A DNA stretch of 58,635 nt, taken from an uncultured Bifidobacteriaceae bacterium. Its GTDB lineage: Bacteria; Actinomycetota; Acidimicrobiia; IMCC26256; PALSA-555. The stretch covers positions 1 through 58,635 of the forward strand of contig CAZKTS010000114.1 of the NCBI GenBank assembly GCA_964555735.1. Reading direction: 5' to 3'. A program made the position numbers and the translations under genes. The notes beneath the pieces are model-generated. The model ran no database searches and was not told the DNA's origin. It was given only the letters and a program-made list of their open reading frames with translations. Below are positions 9,076 through 19,494 of this stretch, in pieces (position 1 is the first letter of the stretch; every line of letters begins with the position of its first letter).

Positions 9076-10215
9076 TCAGGTCTTGGCCGGGGCCTCGGTC
9101 TCGGTGGTCTCGTCGGCGTCGGCCGTCGCGGGCTCCTCGACCGGGTCGCCGGCGGGGACGTCGGCGTCGGCCTCGGGCTTCGGGGCATCGTCGACGGCCG
9201 GGGCCGGCTCGGGCGACGGCTCCACCGGCTCGGCGCCGTCGGCGGGCGGCGCCGCAGGTGCCGGACCGGCAGCGTGGCCCGCGCGCCAGGCCGCGATCAC
9301 GATGGCGCCGATGCCGTAGAGGCTGGCCACGTACCAGACGATGAACCCGATGCCCGGGATCAGGGCCGCGGCCCGCAAGATGCCGAAGCCGGCGAAGAAG
9401 GCGCCGAACCGGGCGCCGGTGGTGCGGCTCTTCACCATGAGCCGGCCGAGCCGCAGGGACGCGGCCACGTAGCCCAGCGGCCCGAGGATCGTCAGGCCGG
9501 CGAAGATGCCGAGCCCGAACGGGATGCCGACGACGGTCGCCATGATGAAGGTGGCGATCACCGGCAGGCCGATGCCCACGAGGATGCCGAGCCCGAGCGA
9601 CGCCCAGAAGCGCTGCCCGCCCTCGTCGACCGCATCGGCCGCACGCGGGAACAGCCCGATGAAGAGCAGGCCGAGGATCAGCACCGAGATGGTGGTGACG
9701 ATCCACAGCGCGATGAGCAAGGCGATCACGATGCCGTTGACCGCGTTGGTGAGGTTGATCTTCTCGACGTCACCCGTGACCGAGTTGGGTGCGACGCGTG
9801 GCTGCTTGCGCGACTTCACGTCGCCGCTCACGTTGCCGCCGTCTTGCACCGTCGCCCGTCCGTCGATGACCGCGATGTCGCCGCGCACCGTCCCGCCGTC
9901 GGCGACGGTGACGTTGCCGCGGATCACCAGGATGTCGCCGCGCACGGTGCCGTCCACGGTGAGGTCACCCCGGGCGATGAAGATGTCGTTGCGCACGGTG
10001 CCGAGCACGCTCACGTCACCGTCGAACGACACGACCTCGCCGGTGACCGTCTCGTCCTCGCCGATCACGAGGCCGCCGCTCACGCTGATGCGGCGATCGT
10101 CGTCGTTGAGGCGGTCGCGCAGCCTCTCGCCACCACCGCCGGCGGCGGCCGGGGCCGCGAGGACCGCGATCGCGGTCGCGGCGAGCGCGAGGCAGAGGAG
10201 GAGGCGACGACGCAT
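9076..10215 (-). CDS. bactofilin-like (polymer-forming beta-helix) membrane protein
   Basis: Signal peptide, repeated G-x-V-x-G-D-(V/I) beta-helix units, then about 6 TM helices and an acidic Pro-rich tail. Confidence 0.75.
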   Translation of the reverse strand: MRRRLLLCLALAATAIAVLAAPAAAGGGGERLRDRLNDDDRRISVSGGLVIGEDETVTGEVVSFDGDVSVLGTVRNDIFIARGDLTVDGTVRGDILVIRGNVTVADGGTVRGDIAVIDGRATVQDGGNVSGDVKSRKQPRVAPNSVTGDVEKINLTNAVNGIVIALLIALWIVTTISVLILGLLFIGLFPRAADAVDEGGQRFWASLGLGILVGIGLPVIATFIMATVVGIPFGLGIFAGLTILGPLGYVAASLRLGRLMVKSRTTGARFGAFFAGFGILRAAALIPGIGFIVWYVASLYGIGAIVIAAWRAGHAAGPAPAAPPADGAEPVEPSPEPAPAVDDAPKPEADADVPAGDPVEEPATADADETTETEAPAKT

Positions 10216-10298
10216 CTGGGGACCTTTCGGCTGCTTCGTGGGCTGCCGCAGCCTGGCAGGTGCGCCGGGCTCGCGCCAGGGTTTCGGGAGCCGGGGGC

Positions 10299-11360
10299 TC
10301 AGCGCAGGAGGCCCCGTCCGGTGATGAGGGGCAGGTCGGACGGCACGAGCAGCCCGGCCGGGGCCGCGCAGACGTCCGGGATCGCGTTCAGCAGGCGCAT
10401 CGCAGTGGCGAGCAGCCCGCCGTGGTTGTGGTCGCCGTCGGCGCCGACCATGCCGAGCTCGCAGCGCCACGTGGGGTCGCCGGTGATGTCGATGCGATAG
10501 CCGCCACCCGAGGGCGGCGCGGGCCACTCGGGGGCCAGGTCGTCGCGCAGGCGGGTGACGTGCTCGAGCACGATCGCGGGGCGGCCGTCGACGACGCCCT
10601 GCACCTCGAACCGCAGGGCCGCGGTCGTGCCGGCGTCGATCGTGCCGCTCGGGATCGCGAACGTCTCGGGCGCGGGGACTCGCTCGTGCACCTCGCGCAG
10701 ATCGTCGAGCTCGACGCCCAGCTCGGCGGCGAGCATCCGGACCGTCGGGCCCCACGTCATCGAGAGGACGCCGGGCGCGAGGATCAGCGGCACGGTGTCG
10801 AGCGGCTGCCCGAACCCGAACATGCCGAACAGGACGTCGGGCTGGTCGTAGGTGTCGTAGTTGAGGATCTCGGCGACGCGCACCGACTCGATGCGCGAGC
10901 AGAACCCGCTGAGCACGAGCGGCAGCAGGTCGTTCGCGAAGCCGGGGTCGATGCCCGACGTGAAGCACGACGCGTCACCGGCGCGGCACGCCTCCTCGAG
11001 CTTGGCCACCGCGCGCTTGTCGGCCGCGGGCGGGTACACGAGCGGCACGACCGCGGTCGACACGACGTCGATGCCGGCCGCGAGGACGCGGCACAGATCG
11101 TCGACCGCTTCCTTGGGGCGGAGGTCGCCGGTCGCCATGTAGGAGACCACGTCGGGTGCGGCGTCGAGGGCCTCGTCGACGTCGGTCGTGGCCAGCACGC
11201 CCGTGGGCCGGTCGAGGCCGCACAGCTCGGCCGCGTCGCGGCCGTGCTTCTCGTCGGAGTGCACGATCACCCCGACCAGCTCGAGCTCGGGATGGTCGAC
11301 GATCGCCCGGAGGGCGAGTCGTCCCACGTTGCCGGTGCCCCACTGCACAACTCGGTACAT
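10299..11360 (-). CDS. NAD(P)-dependent oxidoreductase, DapB-N-terminal / 2,4-diaminopentanoate dehydrogenase-like
   Basis: MYRVVQWGTGNVG Rossmann start, TSGIDPGFAND, ATAMRLLNAIPDV. Confidence 0.8.
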   Translation of the reverse strand: MYRVVQWGTGNVGRLALRAIVDHPELELVGVIVHSDEKHGRDAAELCGLDRPTGVLATTDVDEALDAAPDVVSYMATGDLRPKEAVDDLCRVLAAGIDVVSTAVVPLVYPPAADKRAVAKLEEACRAGDASCFTSGIDPGFANDLLPLVLSGFCSRIESVRVAEILNYDTYDQPDVLFGMFGFGQPLDTVPLILAPGVLSMTWGPTVRMLAAELGVELDDLREVHERVPAPETFAIPSGTIDAGTTAALRFEVQGVVDGRPAIVLEHVTRLRDDLAPEWPAPPSGGGYRIDITGDPTWRCELGMVGADGDHNHGGLLATAMRLLNAIPDVCAAPAGLLVPSDLPLITGRGLLR

Positions 11361-11403
11361 CGCGCCGAGGTTAGAGAAGGCGGGACGAGGGCGCGGGGGA
11401 GCG

Positions 11404-11952
11404 TCAGGCGCGGAAGACCCGGTGCACGGTCCCGAGGACCGCGTCGCGCAGCTCGTCGGGGTCGGCGTCGGCGAACCCCCAGAGGCAGTCCATGGCGCCA
11501 CCGAACGCCACCGCCCGTCGTACCTGCTGCTCCAGGGGAAGGTGGGTGCCGCCGATCGTGGCCCGGAACCGCTCCATGTGGGTCTCGAAGTCGTCGAGGC
11601 CGGCGACGCGCTCGAGCGCGGCGTGGTTGCGCACGAACATCGCGACGATGCGCTGCTCGGCGATGGCCTGCTCGAAGAACCGGTCGACCGCTGCCATCCA
11701 GCGCTCGTCGTCGGCGCCCACGGCCTCGAGCTCGAGGCTGCCCCAGGCGTCGAGGAACGGCTCGATCAAGGCCCGGGCGATGTCGTCCTTGCTCTTGAAG
11801 TGGTAGTAGAGCGCCGCCTTGGTCATGCCGAGGTCCTCGGCGATCTCCCGCAGCGAGGTGGCTTCGTAGCCCGCCTCGGTGAAGCGGTCGACGGCGACGT
11901 CGAGGATGCGCTGGCGGGTCGTGGGCGACGTCTCGACCGGGCTCGGGGTCAC
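11404..11952 (-). CDS. TetR family transcriptional regulator
   Basis: [47 protein letters not shown]. Confidence 0.93.
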   Translation of the reverse strand: MTPSPVETSPTTRQRILDVAVDRFTEAGYEATSLREIAEDLGMTKAALYYHFKSKDDIARALIEPFLDAWGSLELEAVGADDERWMAAVDRFFEQAIAEQRIVAMFVRNHAALERVAGLDDFETHMERFRATIGGTHLPLEQQVRRAVAFGGAMDCLWGFADADPDELRDAVLGTVHRVFRA

Positions 11953-11964
11953 GCCCAGATCCTA

Positions 11965-12003
11965 CTTGACGGCCGGTAAGTGCCTGGCTTACCGTGCGGC
12001 AAG
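11965..12003. promoter_or_regulatory. two 16-bp TetR-type operators between divergent tetR and ABC operon
   Basis: CTTGACGGCCGGTAAG (11965-11980) and CTTACCGTGCGGCAAG (11988-12003) both approximate CTTACCG-NN-CGGTAAG; TTGACG at 11966. Confidence 0.65.
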
Positions 12004-12066
12004 TCAGTCGGCCCAGCCCCCCGGGTCGGCTGGCGTCGCGTCCACCCCCCTGTCGCGGGAGCCTCC

Positions 12067-13041
12067 ATGACTGCTGCCATCGATGCCGAGGGCCTGGTGA
12101 AGGTCTACGGCGAGACCCGTGCCCTCGACGGCCTCGACCTGCACGCCGAGCCGGGGAGCGTGCTCGGGCTGCTCGGCCCCAACGGCGCGGGCAAGACCAC
12201 CGCGGTGCGGGTGCTCACCACGCTGACCCGGCCGACCGGCGGGCGGGCGCGGGTCGCCGGGTTCGACGTCGTGAAGGACGCCGACGAGGTGCGGGCGCGC
12301 ATCGGGCTCACGGGCCAGAACGCGAGCGTCGACGAGGCGCTCACCGGCCGGCAGAACCTCCAGATGATCGGGCAGCTCGCGCGGCTCTCGGGCCGGCGGG
12401 CGAAGGCGCGCACCGCGGAGCTGCTCGAGCGGTTCACCCTCGAGCACGCGCAGGACCGGCCGGTGAAGACGTACTCGGGGGGCATGCGCCGCCGGCTCGA
12501 CCTCGCCGCGAGCCTGATCGGCGAGCCCTCGATCCTCTTCCTCGACGAGCCGACGACCGGGCTCGACCCCACGAGCCGCCAGATGATGTGGGACGTCATC
12601 CGCGGGTTGGTCGACGGCGGCACCACGCTCCTGCTCACGACGCAGTACCTCGAGGAGGCCGACCGCCTCGCCGACCAGATCGTGGTCGTCGACGCCGGGC
12701 GCGCGATCGCCACGGGGAGCGCCGATGAGCTCAAGCGCATGATCGGTGGCGAGTACGTCGAGGTGACGTTGACCGACGGCGCTGACGTGAGCGTGGCGCG
12801 CGACGTGCTCGACGGATACGCGACCGGCCCGATCCGGGTCGAGGACGACGGCCGACTCTCCGTGCCGGTCGAACCCGCGCCGGGGCTCGTCACCGAGGTG
12901 GTGGGCGCGCTCGGCGCCCGGAACGTGAAGGTCGACGTGCTCGACGTCCACCGCCCGTCGCTCGACGACGTGTTCCTCGAGCTCACCGGCCACCGGGCCG
13001 AGACCGAGACCGACGACCTCGACGAGGAGGATGCCGCGTGA
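12067..13041 (+). CDS. DrrA-type ABC exporter ATP-binding subunit
   Basis: GPNGAGKTT, YSGGMRRRLDLA, LFLDEPTTGLDP, TTQYLEEAD, C-terminal PSLDDVFLELTG. Confidence 0.95.
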   Translation: MTAAIDAEGLVKVYGETRALDGLDLHAEPGSVLGLLGPNGAGKTTAVRVLTTLTRPTGGRARVAGFDVVKDADEVRARIGLTGQNASVDEALTGRQNLQMIGQLARLSGRRAKARTAELLERFTLEHAQDRPVKTYSGGMRRRLDLAASLIGEPSILFLDEPTTGLDPTSRQMMWDVIRGLVDGGTTLLLTTQYLEEADRLADQIVVVDAGRAIATGSADELKRMIGGEYVEVTLTDGADVSVARDVLDGYATGPIRVEDDGRLSVPVEPAPGLVTEVVGALGARNVKVDVLDVHRPSLDDVFLELTGHRAETETDDLDEEDAA

Positions 13042-13907
13042 CCACGACGACCGCCCCCACGACGATCGCACCCGACGTCGCGTTCGCACCGTCGGAGCGC
13101 CGCCGCGGCGGGCGCATCCGGTGGGGCGTCAAGGACGCGATCGTCATGACCCGGCGCGGGCTCCAGCGGATCCGTCACGAGCCGATGCAGCTCTCGGACG
13201 TGACCATCCAGCCCGTCGTGTTCGTCCTGCTGTTCGCCTACGTGTTCGGCGCGGCGATGAAGCTCGGCGCCGCGAACTACCGCGAGTTCCTCGTCGGCGG
13301 GATGTTCGCCTGGATCATCGTCCAGGCAGCACCCGGCACCACGATCGGCATCACCACCGACATGAGCACCGGGGTCATCGACCGCTTCCGTGCGCTCCCG
13401 ATGAGCCGCAGCGCGGTGCTGGCCGGTCGCACGATCGCCGACACGATCTGCGCGGCGCTTGCCGTCGTGATCGTCGCCATCACCGGGTCGCTCATCGGTT
13501 GGGGCGTGCACAACGGCGTGGGCAACGCGCTCGCGGCCGTCGGCATCCTGCTGCTCTTCGGCTACGCGATCAGCTGGTCGGGCGCCGCGCTCGGCACCAC
13601 CATGACCAACGTCGAGACCGCGCAGGCGACCGCGTTCATGATCTTCCTGCCGCTCACGTTCGTCTCGAACGCGTTCGTGCCGACGCAGGGGATGCCCTCG
13701 TGGCTCCAGACGATCGCCGAGTGGAACCCGATCAGCGCGGTGGCCACGGCGTGTCGCGAGCTGTTCGGCAACCCGAACCCGGCCGCCAAGCTCGACGCGT
13801 GGCCCATGCAGCACGCGATCCTCGCGTCCATCCTGTGGTCGGTCGTGCTGATCGCGGTGTTCGCACCGTTGGCCGTCCACCTCTATCGGCGCCGCGCCGC
13901 TCGCTGA
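13038..13907 (+). CDS. DrrB-type ABC-2 permease
   Basis: Six TM helices, DRFRALP, FVSNAFVP, WNPIS; GTGA overlap. Confidence 0.93.
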   Translation: MTTTTAPTTIAPDVAFAPSERRRGGRIRWGVKDAIVMTRRGLQRIRHEPMQLSDVTIQPVVFVLLFAYVFGAAMKLGAANYREFLVGGMFAWIIVQAAPGTTIGITTDMSTGVIDRFRALPMSRSAVLAGRTIADTICAALAVVIVAITGSLIGWGVHNGVGNALAAVGILLLFGYAISWSGAALGTTMTNVETAQATAFMIFLPLTFVSNAFVPTQGMPSWLQTIAEWNPISAVATACRELFGNPNPAAKLDAWPMQHAILASILWSVVLIAVFAPLAVHLYRRRAAR

Positions 13908-13962
13908 CCCTCCGCAGGCGCGCGAGGCTGGCGGGAACCCGCGCCACCCCCGAGGAGCCACC

Positions 13963-14760
13963 ATGTCCGTTCGCACCGAGTACGCACCCGGCACGCCGTC
14001 GTGGACCGACGTCATGACCCCCGACATCGCCGCGAGCAAGGAGTTCTACGGCTCGCTGTTCGGCTGGTCGTTCGACGAGCGCGACACCGGCGCGCCGGAC
14101 ATGCCCTACGTGATGATCCAGCAGGACGGCAAGGCCGTCGCCGGCATGATGGCGCTGACGCCGGAGATGGCCGCGGGTGGGATGCCGCCGGTGTGGTCCA
14201 CGTACGTCACGGTCACCGACGTCGACGCGAGCACCGCGAAGGTGGCCGGCCTCGGCGGCACGGTGCTGAACGGACCGATGGACGTGATGGACGCCGGCCG
14301 CATGACCGTGGTCTCGGACCCCACCGGCGCCGTGATCTGCCTGTGGCAACCGAAGGAGAGCATCGGTGCCGAGCTGGTGAACGAGCCGGTGTCGATGACG
14401 TGGAACGAGCTGCTGACGTCGGACGTCGCGAAGGTGAAGCCGTTCTACGAAGGGCTCTTCGGCTGGAAGGCCGAGGATGTGGAGATGGCGGGCGGCCCCA
14501 CCTACACGGTGTGGAACCTGCCCGGCTCCGAGCCGGGGATGGGCGGCGCGGTGAAGTCGCCGATGGAGGGGATGCCCTCGTTCTGGAACGTCTACTTCCA
14601 GGTCGACGACGTCGACGCGACGGTGGCGAAGGCGAAGGAGCTCGGCGCCTCGGTGCTGGCGGAGCCCATGGACATCCCCGACGTGGGCCGGATGGCCGGG
14701 CTCGTCGATCCGCAGGGCGCGGCGTTCAGCATCCTCAAGAGCTCGAACCCGCAGCCGTAG
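13963..14760 (+). CDS. VOC/glyoxalase family protein (two domains, Cfp30B-like)
   Basis: GTPSWTDVMT...KEFYGSLFGW, WSTYVTVTDVD, then WNELLT...FYEGLFGW, WNVYFQVDDVD, DPQGAAF. Confidence 0.92.
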   Translation: MSVRTEYAPGTPSWTDVMTPDIAASKEFYGSLFGWSFDERDTGAPDMPYVMIQQDGKAVAGMMALTPEMAAGGMPPVWSTYVTVTDVDASTAKVAGLGGTVLNGPMDVMDAGRMTVVSDPTGAVICLWQPKESIGAELVNEPVSMTWNELLTSDVAKVKPFYEGLFGWKAEDVEMAGGPTYTVWNLPGSEPGMGGAVKSPMEGMPSFWNVYFQVDDVDATVAKAKELGASVLAEPMDIPDVGRMAGLVDPQGAAFSILKSSNPQP

Positions 14761-14766
14761 GCCGCG

Positions 14767-16302
14767 TCACGCGTCGGCCGCGTACACCTGCTCGCCCGCG
14801 CGCCAGGTCTCGCTGACCGCCAGGCCGCCGTCGGGCGCGCGGTCCAGCACCACGAGGTCGGCCACGAGGCCGGGCACGAGGCGGCCGCGCTCGTCTTCCT
14901 GTCCGCCGGCGAAGGCCGCACCCGCGGTGTAGGCGTGCAGCCAGGACTCGATGTCGACGGCCTGCTCGGGCTCGAAGCGCAGGCCGGTCGACGTCGTGCG
15001 GGATGCGCCGAGCGCGGCGCCCCAGAGCGGCGCGACCGGCGCGCAGGGTTCATCGCTCGAGCCGGCGAGGGTGACCCCGGCATCGGCGAGCCCTGCGAAC
15101 GCGAGCCAGTGGTGGTCGTCGAAGCGGACGCCGCCGGACGACTCGCCGACGTGCTCCACGAAGCCCGGCTGCACGACCGCGACGGCGTCGAGCGCGGCGA
15201 GGCGCGTCCACTGGTCCGCGCTGGTCACGCCCGCGTGCTCGACGCGGAAGCGGTGGTCGGCGTCCGCGCGACCGCGCACGGCGTCGAACGCCGCGAGGGT
15301 GTGCTCGACCCCCGCGTTGCCGATCGCGTGCACGGCGATGCGGAAGCCCGCGTCGACGGCGCGGGTCGCGCAGTCCTCGAGGTCGTGCATGAGGAGGCCG
15401 TAGCGGATCGCGTGACCCGAGACCGTGGTGTCGAGGGCGATCGCGATCCCGCCGTCGGCGAAGAGCTTCATCGCGCCGACCCGGAGCTGCTCGTCGCCGT
15501 CGCCGGTGCGGGGGCCGTCGAGCCGGGCGGCGTGGTCGTTGACGAGGATCGCCGCCGGGTGGGGCATCGCGACCACAGACACCGGAAGGTCGCCACTCGA
15601 CGCGAGCTGCGCGTACACGGCCTCGGCGTCCGGCGAGCATGCGGCGTCGTGGACCGCGGTGATGCCGTGGCGCCAGAGCGCGCGTCCGTGCGCGGCGACG
15701 TGCTCGGCCCAGCGGTCGGGGTCGGCGTACGCGGCGAGGGAGCGGGCGTGCGCCTCGCTCCACGCGCGCTCGAGGAGCAGCCCGTTCGGCTCACCGTCGG
15801 GAGCGCGGAGGATCTCGCCGCCGTCGGGGTCCGGTGTGCCGCGGCCGATGCCCAGATCGTCGAGCGCGGCGGAGCTCACCACCGCCTGGTGCAGGGAGTA
15901 GTGGGTGACCACGACGGGGCGGTCCAAGCCGACGGCGTCGAGGTCGGCGCGGGTGGGCGTGTACCCGTTGCCGGCCTCGTTCCAGTCGTGGAGCCGGACC
16001 CAGCCCGTCTCGGTGTCGATCGCGGCCTGGCGTCGGATCGCGTCCGCGAGCGCATCGGGGCCGTCGACGCCGGACGCGTCGCCCCACATCGGGTGCAGGG
16101 CGGAGACCGAGAGGTGGTTGTGGGCGTCGATGAACGCCGGCGCCAGCGTGCGCCCGGCGAGGTCGACGACCGTCGCCTCGGGGTATCTCGCGCCGAGGTC
16201 GCGTCCGCCGACCGCGGCGATCCGTCCGCCGTCGACGACGACCGCCTCGGCACGCGTGCCGTCCATGGTGGCCACGGGACCGCCGGAGAAGAGGATGGGC
16301 AC
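14767..16302 (-). CDS. amidohydrolase family 3 (YtcJ-like)
   Basis: PAFIDAHNH, KLFADGG, HAIGN, RVEHA, GSSDEP, LVPGLVADLVVLD. Confidence 0.9.
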   Translation of the reverse strand: MPILFSGGPVATMDGTRAEAVVVDGGRIAAVGGRDLGARYPEATVVDLAGRTLAPAFIDAHNHLSVSALHPMWGDASGVDGPDALADAIRRQAAIDTETGWVRLHDWNEAGNGYTPTRADLDAVGLDRPVVVTHYSLHQAVVSSAALDDLGIGRGTPDPDGGEILRAPDGEPNGLLLERAWSEAHARSLAAYADPDRWAEHVAAHGRALWRHGITAVHDAACSPDAEAVYAQLASSGDLPVSVVAMPHPAAILVNDHAARLDGPRTGDGDEQLRVGAMKLFADGGIAIALDTTVSGHAIRYGLLMHDLEDCATRAVDAGFRIAVHAIGNAGVEHTLAAFDAVRGRADADHRFRVEHAGVTSADQWTRLAALDAVAVVQPGFVEHVGESSGGVRFDDHHWLAFAGLADAGVTLAGSSDEPCAPVAPLWGAALGASRTTSTGLRFEPEQAVDIESWLHAYTAGAAFAGGQEDERGRLVPGLVADLVVLDRAPDGGLAVSETWRAGEQVYAADA

Positions 16303-16326
16303 GGCGAGACCGTACCGTCCGGCCTC

Positions 16327-17958
16327 CTAGGCGCGGTCGACGAGCGCGTGCTCGTACGCGAACGCGGTCGCCGCGGCGCGGGACGTCACGTCGATCTTCG
16401 TGAAGATGTTGGACAGGTGCCGCGAGACCGTCTTCACGCTGAGGTGGAGCGAGGCGGCAATCTCCTTGTTCGACTGTCCGGCAGCGACGAGACGCAGCAC
16501 CTCGACCTCGCGCGTGGTGAGCCCGGCCGGGAGCGGGGCATGATCGGCGACGTCTACCCCGCGCGCGTCGAGCCGCGCACCGATCTCGTCGAACAGGGAC
16601 CGGGCGGCGGCGAACGCGACCTGCGCGCCTTCGTCGTCGCCGGACTCACGGAGGGCATGACCGAGCAGCGTGCGCGTGGTCGCAACCTCGTACGGCACCT
16701 CGAGCTCCTGCCATCGGCGCAGCGCGTCGCGCAGGGTGGCGACGGCAGCGGTCACGTCACCGCCCGCCAGCTCGACGCGGCCTCGTGCCAGTGTCGCCAT
16801 CGCGTGCAGCATCGGCGTGTCGTAGTCCGCTGCGGTCGCGGTCAGCTCGTCGAGCGCAGCACGCGCGCGAGGCGTGTCGCTCGCGGCGACGGCGACCTGG
16901 ACGGCGGCGGGCAGCATCCGGGCCCGGGCGAGACGGTTCGCGGGCTGGTCCGCGGTGCAGTCACCGATGATCCGCGCCGCGGCGTCGACGCGCCCCTGCG
17001 CGAGGCGCAGGAGTGCGATCCCGTCGCAGACCCGGCCCGACAGCTCCTCGGCGCGGGCGAACGCCTCCTCGGCGCGCGTGAGGTCGCCGAGTCGGCGACG
17101 GATGTCACCCACCTCGGCGAACGCCGCCGCCGCGTTCGGCAGGTGGCTCGCCACCAGCTCGTCGCACGCCTTGGTTGCCTCCCGCTCGGCGTCCTCGAGC
17201 GCGCCCCGACGACTGAGCACGCCGGCGCGGTGGATCCGGCAGATCCCGGGGAAGATCGCGAACGGGTGCTGCTCGGCCCACTGCATGGTGGCCTCGGTCC
17301 ACTCCGCGGCACGGCGGAGGTCGCCGATGTCCTCGCACGCGCTGATCAGGCTGCAGTACACCTTGCCGGTCGAGTACGGGCTGAGGCGCCCCTCGATCGC
17401 GAACAGCATCGCTTCGTCGAGGTGCGCGAACCCTTGGTCGATCCGGCCGTCGTCGATCTGCACGCGCCCGATGGTCTGGAGCGCCTCGGCCTCGAGGTCG
17501 GCCGAGCGGAGCTCGCGCCCGAGTGCGAGCGCGCGCTCGGCGAGCTGCGCGGCGTCATCGAGGCGCCCACCCCCGTGGGCGAGCTCCGCCTCCCGCAGGA
17601 GGAGCGCGCCGTGCTCCGCGCACGCGGCATCCTCGTCGAGGACGCGCCGCGCCCGCTGCAGCCAGCCGGTCGCGACCGCAGGGCGAGCCCGCATGCCGTG
17701 GTGCTCGTACAGCCAGACCGCACACTGCCCGGCCCGGCGCGGCTCGTCGAGCTCCTCGAAGGCTCGGTACGCGCGCTGGCGCGCGTCGATGCAGTCGTCG
17801 AGCCGGCCGAGCCACCACGCCGCGTCCGCGCAGAGCTCGAGGCGCTCGGCCTCGGCGACCGGGTCGTCGACGCGCGCCGCGGTGGCGAGCGTGAGGCACT
17901 CGTCCCAGTCGCCGCGGCCGAGCGCGTCCCGCGCGCCGGTCAGTGGGTCAGCGACCAT
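16327..17958 (-). CDS. LuxR family regulator with TPR-like N-terminus
   Basis: C-terminal LTTREVEVLRLVAAGQSNKEIAASLHLSVKTVSRHLSNIFTK. Confidence 0.92.
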   Translation of the reverse strand: MVADPLTGARDALGRGDWDECLTLATAARVDDPVAEAERLELCADAAWWLGRLDDCIDARQRAYRAFEELDEPRRAGQCAVWLYEHHGMRARPAVATGWLQRARRVLDEDAACAEHGALLLREAELAHGGGRLDDAAQLAERALALGRELRSADLEAEALQTIGRVQIDDGRIDQGFAHLDEAMLFAIEGRLSPYSTGKVYCSLISACEDIGDLRRAAEWTEATMQWAEQHPFAIFPGICRIHRAGVLSRRGALEDAEREATKACDELVASHLPNAAAAFAEVGDIRRRLGDLTRAEEAFARAEELSGRVCDGIALLRLAQGRVDAAARIIGDCTADQPANRLARARMLPAAVQVAVAASDTPRARAALDELTATAADYDTPMLHAMATLARGRVELAGGDVTAAVATLRDALRRWQELEVPYEVATTRTLLGHALRESGDDEGAQVAFAAARSLFDEIGARLDARGVDVADHAPLPAGLTTREVEVLRLVAAGQSNKEIAASLHLSVKTVSRHLSNIFTKIDVTSRAAATAFAYEHALVDRA

Positions 17959-17973
17959 GCGTGCTCGCAGTGG

Positions 17974-18345
17974 TCAGCCGGCCGGCGACAGCTGCGCTCC
18001 CAGGTGCTCGAGCACTGGCGCGATGTCGGCGGCCGGGCTCATCTCGAGGAACGTTACGCCCTCGTGCGTCCAACCCGTGTGGCCACCGCGCCAGTAGAAC
18101 GTCTCGCCCGCGATCGTCGTCTCATCGGTGCCGTCGGCGTAGCGGACGGTGATGGAACCTTCGAGCACGATGCCCCAGTGCGGGCACTGGCACAGGTCGC
18201 CGGGCAGGCCGCGGAACAGGGGGGTGAAGTCGGTGCCGGCCGGCAGGTCGATGGAGCGGACGACCTGTCCGCCCCAGTCGACGCCGCGGGTCTCGATGTC
18301 GTTGACCTTCATCTCCAGGGGCAGATCCCCGAGTCGAGCGTGCAT
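17974..18345 (-). CDS. cupin domain protein
   Basis: CQCPHWGIVLEGSI...GETFYWRGGH cupin motifs; RBS AGAGGTGG before ATG 18345. Confidence 0.75.
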   Translation of the reverse strand: MHARLGDLPLEMKVNDIETRGVDWGGQVVRSIDLPAGTDFTPLFRGLPGDLCQCPHWGIVLEGSITVRYADGTDETTIAGETFYWRGGHTGWTHEGVTFLEMSPAADIAPVLEHLGAQLSPAG

Positions 18346-18642
18346 GGTGACCACCTCTTCTCTCATTTCCGGGACCGTCCCGGTCACCGGATCATCGACG
18401 GCGGTGGGCGTTGCCGCATCGGTCAGAACCAGCATTCCGGCATCGGTGGCGGTGCGCCCCGCGTGGGACGAACACCCCACGGGCCCCGTTCACGGATGGG
18501 GCGACCGTCCGATGCGCCGGGCGGCGCCACCCGAGACACTGGCAGCATGATCGAGCCGGACGTCGCCAATGCCCGTGTCGCCGAGCTGCTCGCGCTCGGC
18601 CGCGATCGCGAGGCGGCGGAGCTCGCGGACCGAGGAGGACCC

Positions 18643-19185
18643 ATGGATGTGCTGGATCAGCTGGATGAGCTCGGGCCCGTGCTCGGCGCGGTCGTCGCGG
18701 GGATCACCGAGGACCAGCTCGATGCGCCGACGCCGTGCGCAGACTTCACCGTGCGCGGCGTGCTCGAGCACATGGTCGGTGGTGCGACGACGTTCGCCGC
18801 GGCGTTCCGCGGGGTCGAGCCGCCGGCCGAGCCTGACTCCTCGGATGTGCTCGCGGCGTTCGGTCCGGCGCTGACCGGCCTGGTCGAGGCCATCCAGGCG
18901 CCAGGTGCGCTCGACCGCACCGTGCACGCACCGTTCGGTGAGCTGCCGGCCGAGTCGTTCGCCCGATTCGTCGTGCTGGACGGGCTCGTGCACGGCTGGG
19001 ACCTCGCGGTGGCGACCGGGCAGGCCTATGACCCCCCGGACGCGCTGGTCGCCGACGCAGCGACGTTCGCACAGGCGACGATCGACCCGATGCGTGATGG
19101 CAACACCTTCGCCGCCCCAGTCGAGCCGTCGCCGTCGGCCACCCCGATCGAGCGCCTCGCCGCCTTCACCGGCCGCAGCGTCTGA
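18643..19185 (+). CDS. TIGR03086-like / maleylpyruvate isomerase N-terminal (DinB-fold) protein
   Basis: LDAPTPCADFTVRGVLEHMVG, VHGWDLAVATGQ, IERLAAFTGR; RBS GAGGAGG before ATG 18643 (alternative in-frame ATG 18547). Confidence 0.88.
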   Translation: MDVLDQLDELGPVLGAVVAGITEDQLDAPTPCADFTVRGVLEHMVGGATTFAAAFRGVEPPAEPDSSDVLAAFGPALTGLVEAIQAPGALDRTVHAPFGELPAESFARFVVLDGLVHGWDLAVATGQAYDPPDALVADAATFAQATIDPMRDGNTFAAPVEPSPSATPIERLAAFTGRSV

Positions 19186-19235
19186 TCGCCCCGCTGTGAC
19201 GGGTCGCGTGATGCGCTGGTACTCTGGTCGCACGC

Positions 19236-19316
<81 letters not shown>

Positions 19317-19328
19317 AACAGCAGGTCA

Positions 19329-19352
19329 GGGCCGGTCTCTCGGGACCGGCCC
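19329..19352 (+). terminator. GC-rich hairpin downstream of the tRNA, probable terminator
   Basis: GGGCCGGTC-N6-GACCGGCCC; no long U-tract. Confidence 0.5.
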
Positions 19353-19370
19353 TCTGCGCGGGCAGACCGA

Positions 19371-19392
19371 CTTCTAACGGGTCCTCTAACGG
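19371..19392 (+). repeat. putative integrase arm-type sites (left)
   Basis: CTTCTAACGG-GT-CCTCTAACGG; the same tandem occurs at 39933-39954. Confidence 0.7.
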
Positions 19393-19494
19393 GCCAGTTT
19401 CAAACTCCGCTCGGCCGTACTTGTCCGAGAACCCGATGGTGCCAGATCGTGAAAATTGGGAGTGCTTGTCGCACCCTTGCTGTTACATGGACAC

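Noticed and set aside
18547-18642. separate leader peptide or N-terminal extension of the TIGR03086-like gene
   Set aside because: A strong RBS precedes ATG 18643 and nothing independent supports translation of the upstream 32 codons.
14935-19185. 1,416-aa plus-strand ORF
   Set aside because: Shadow ORF antisense to the amidohydrolase, LuxR and cupin genes; only its last ~180 codons are a real gene.
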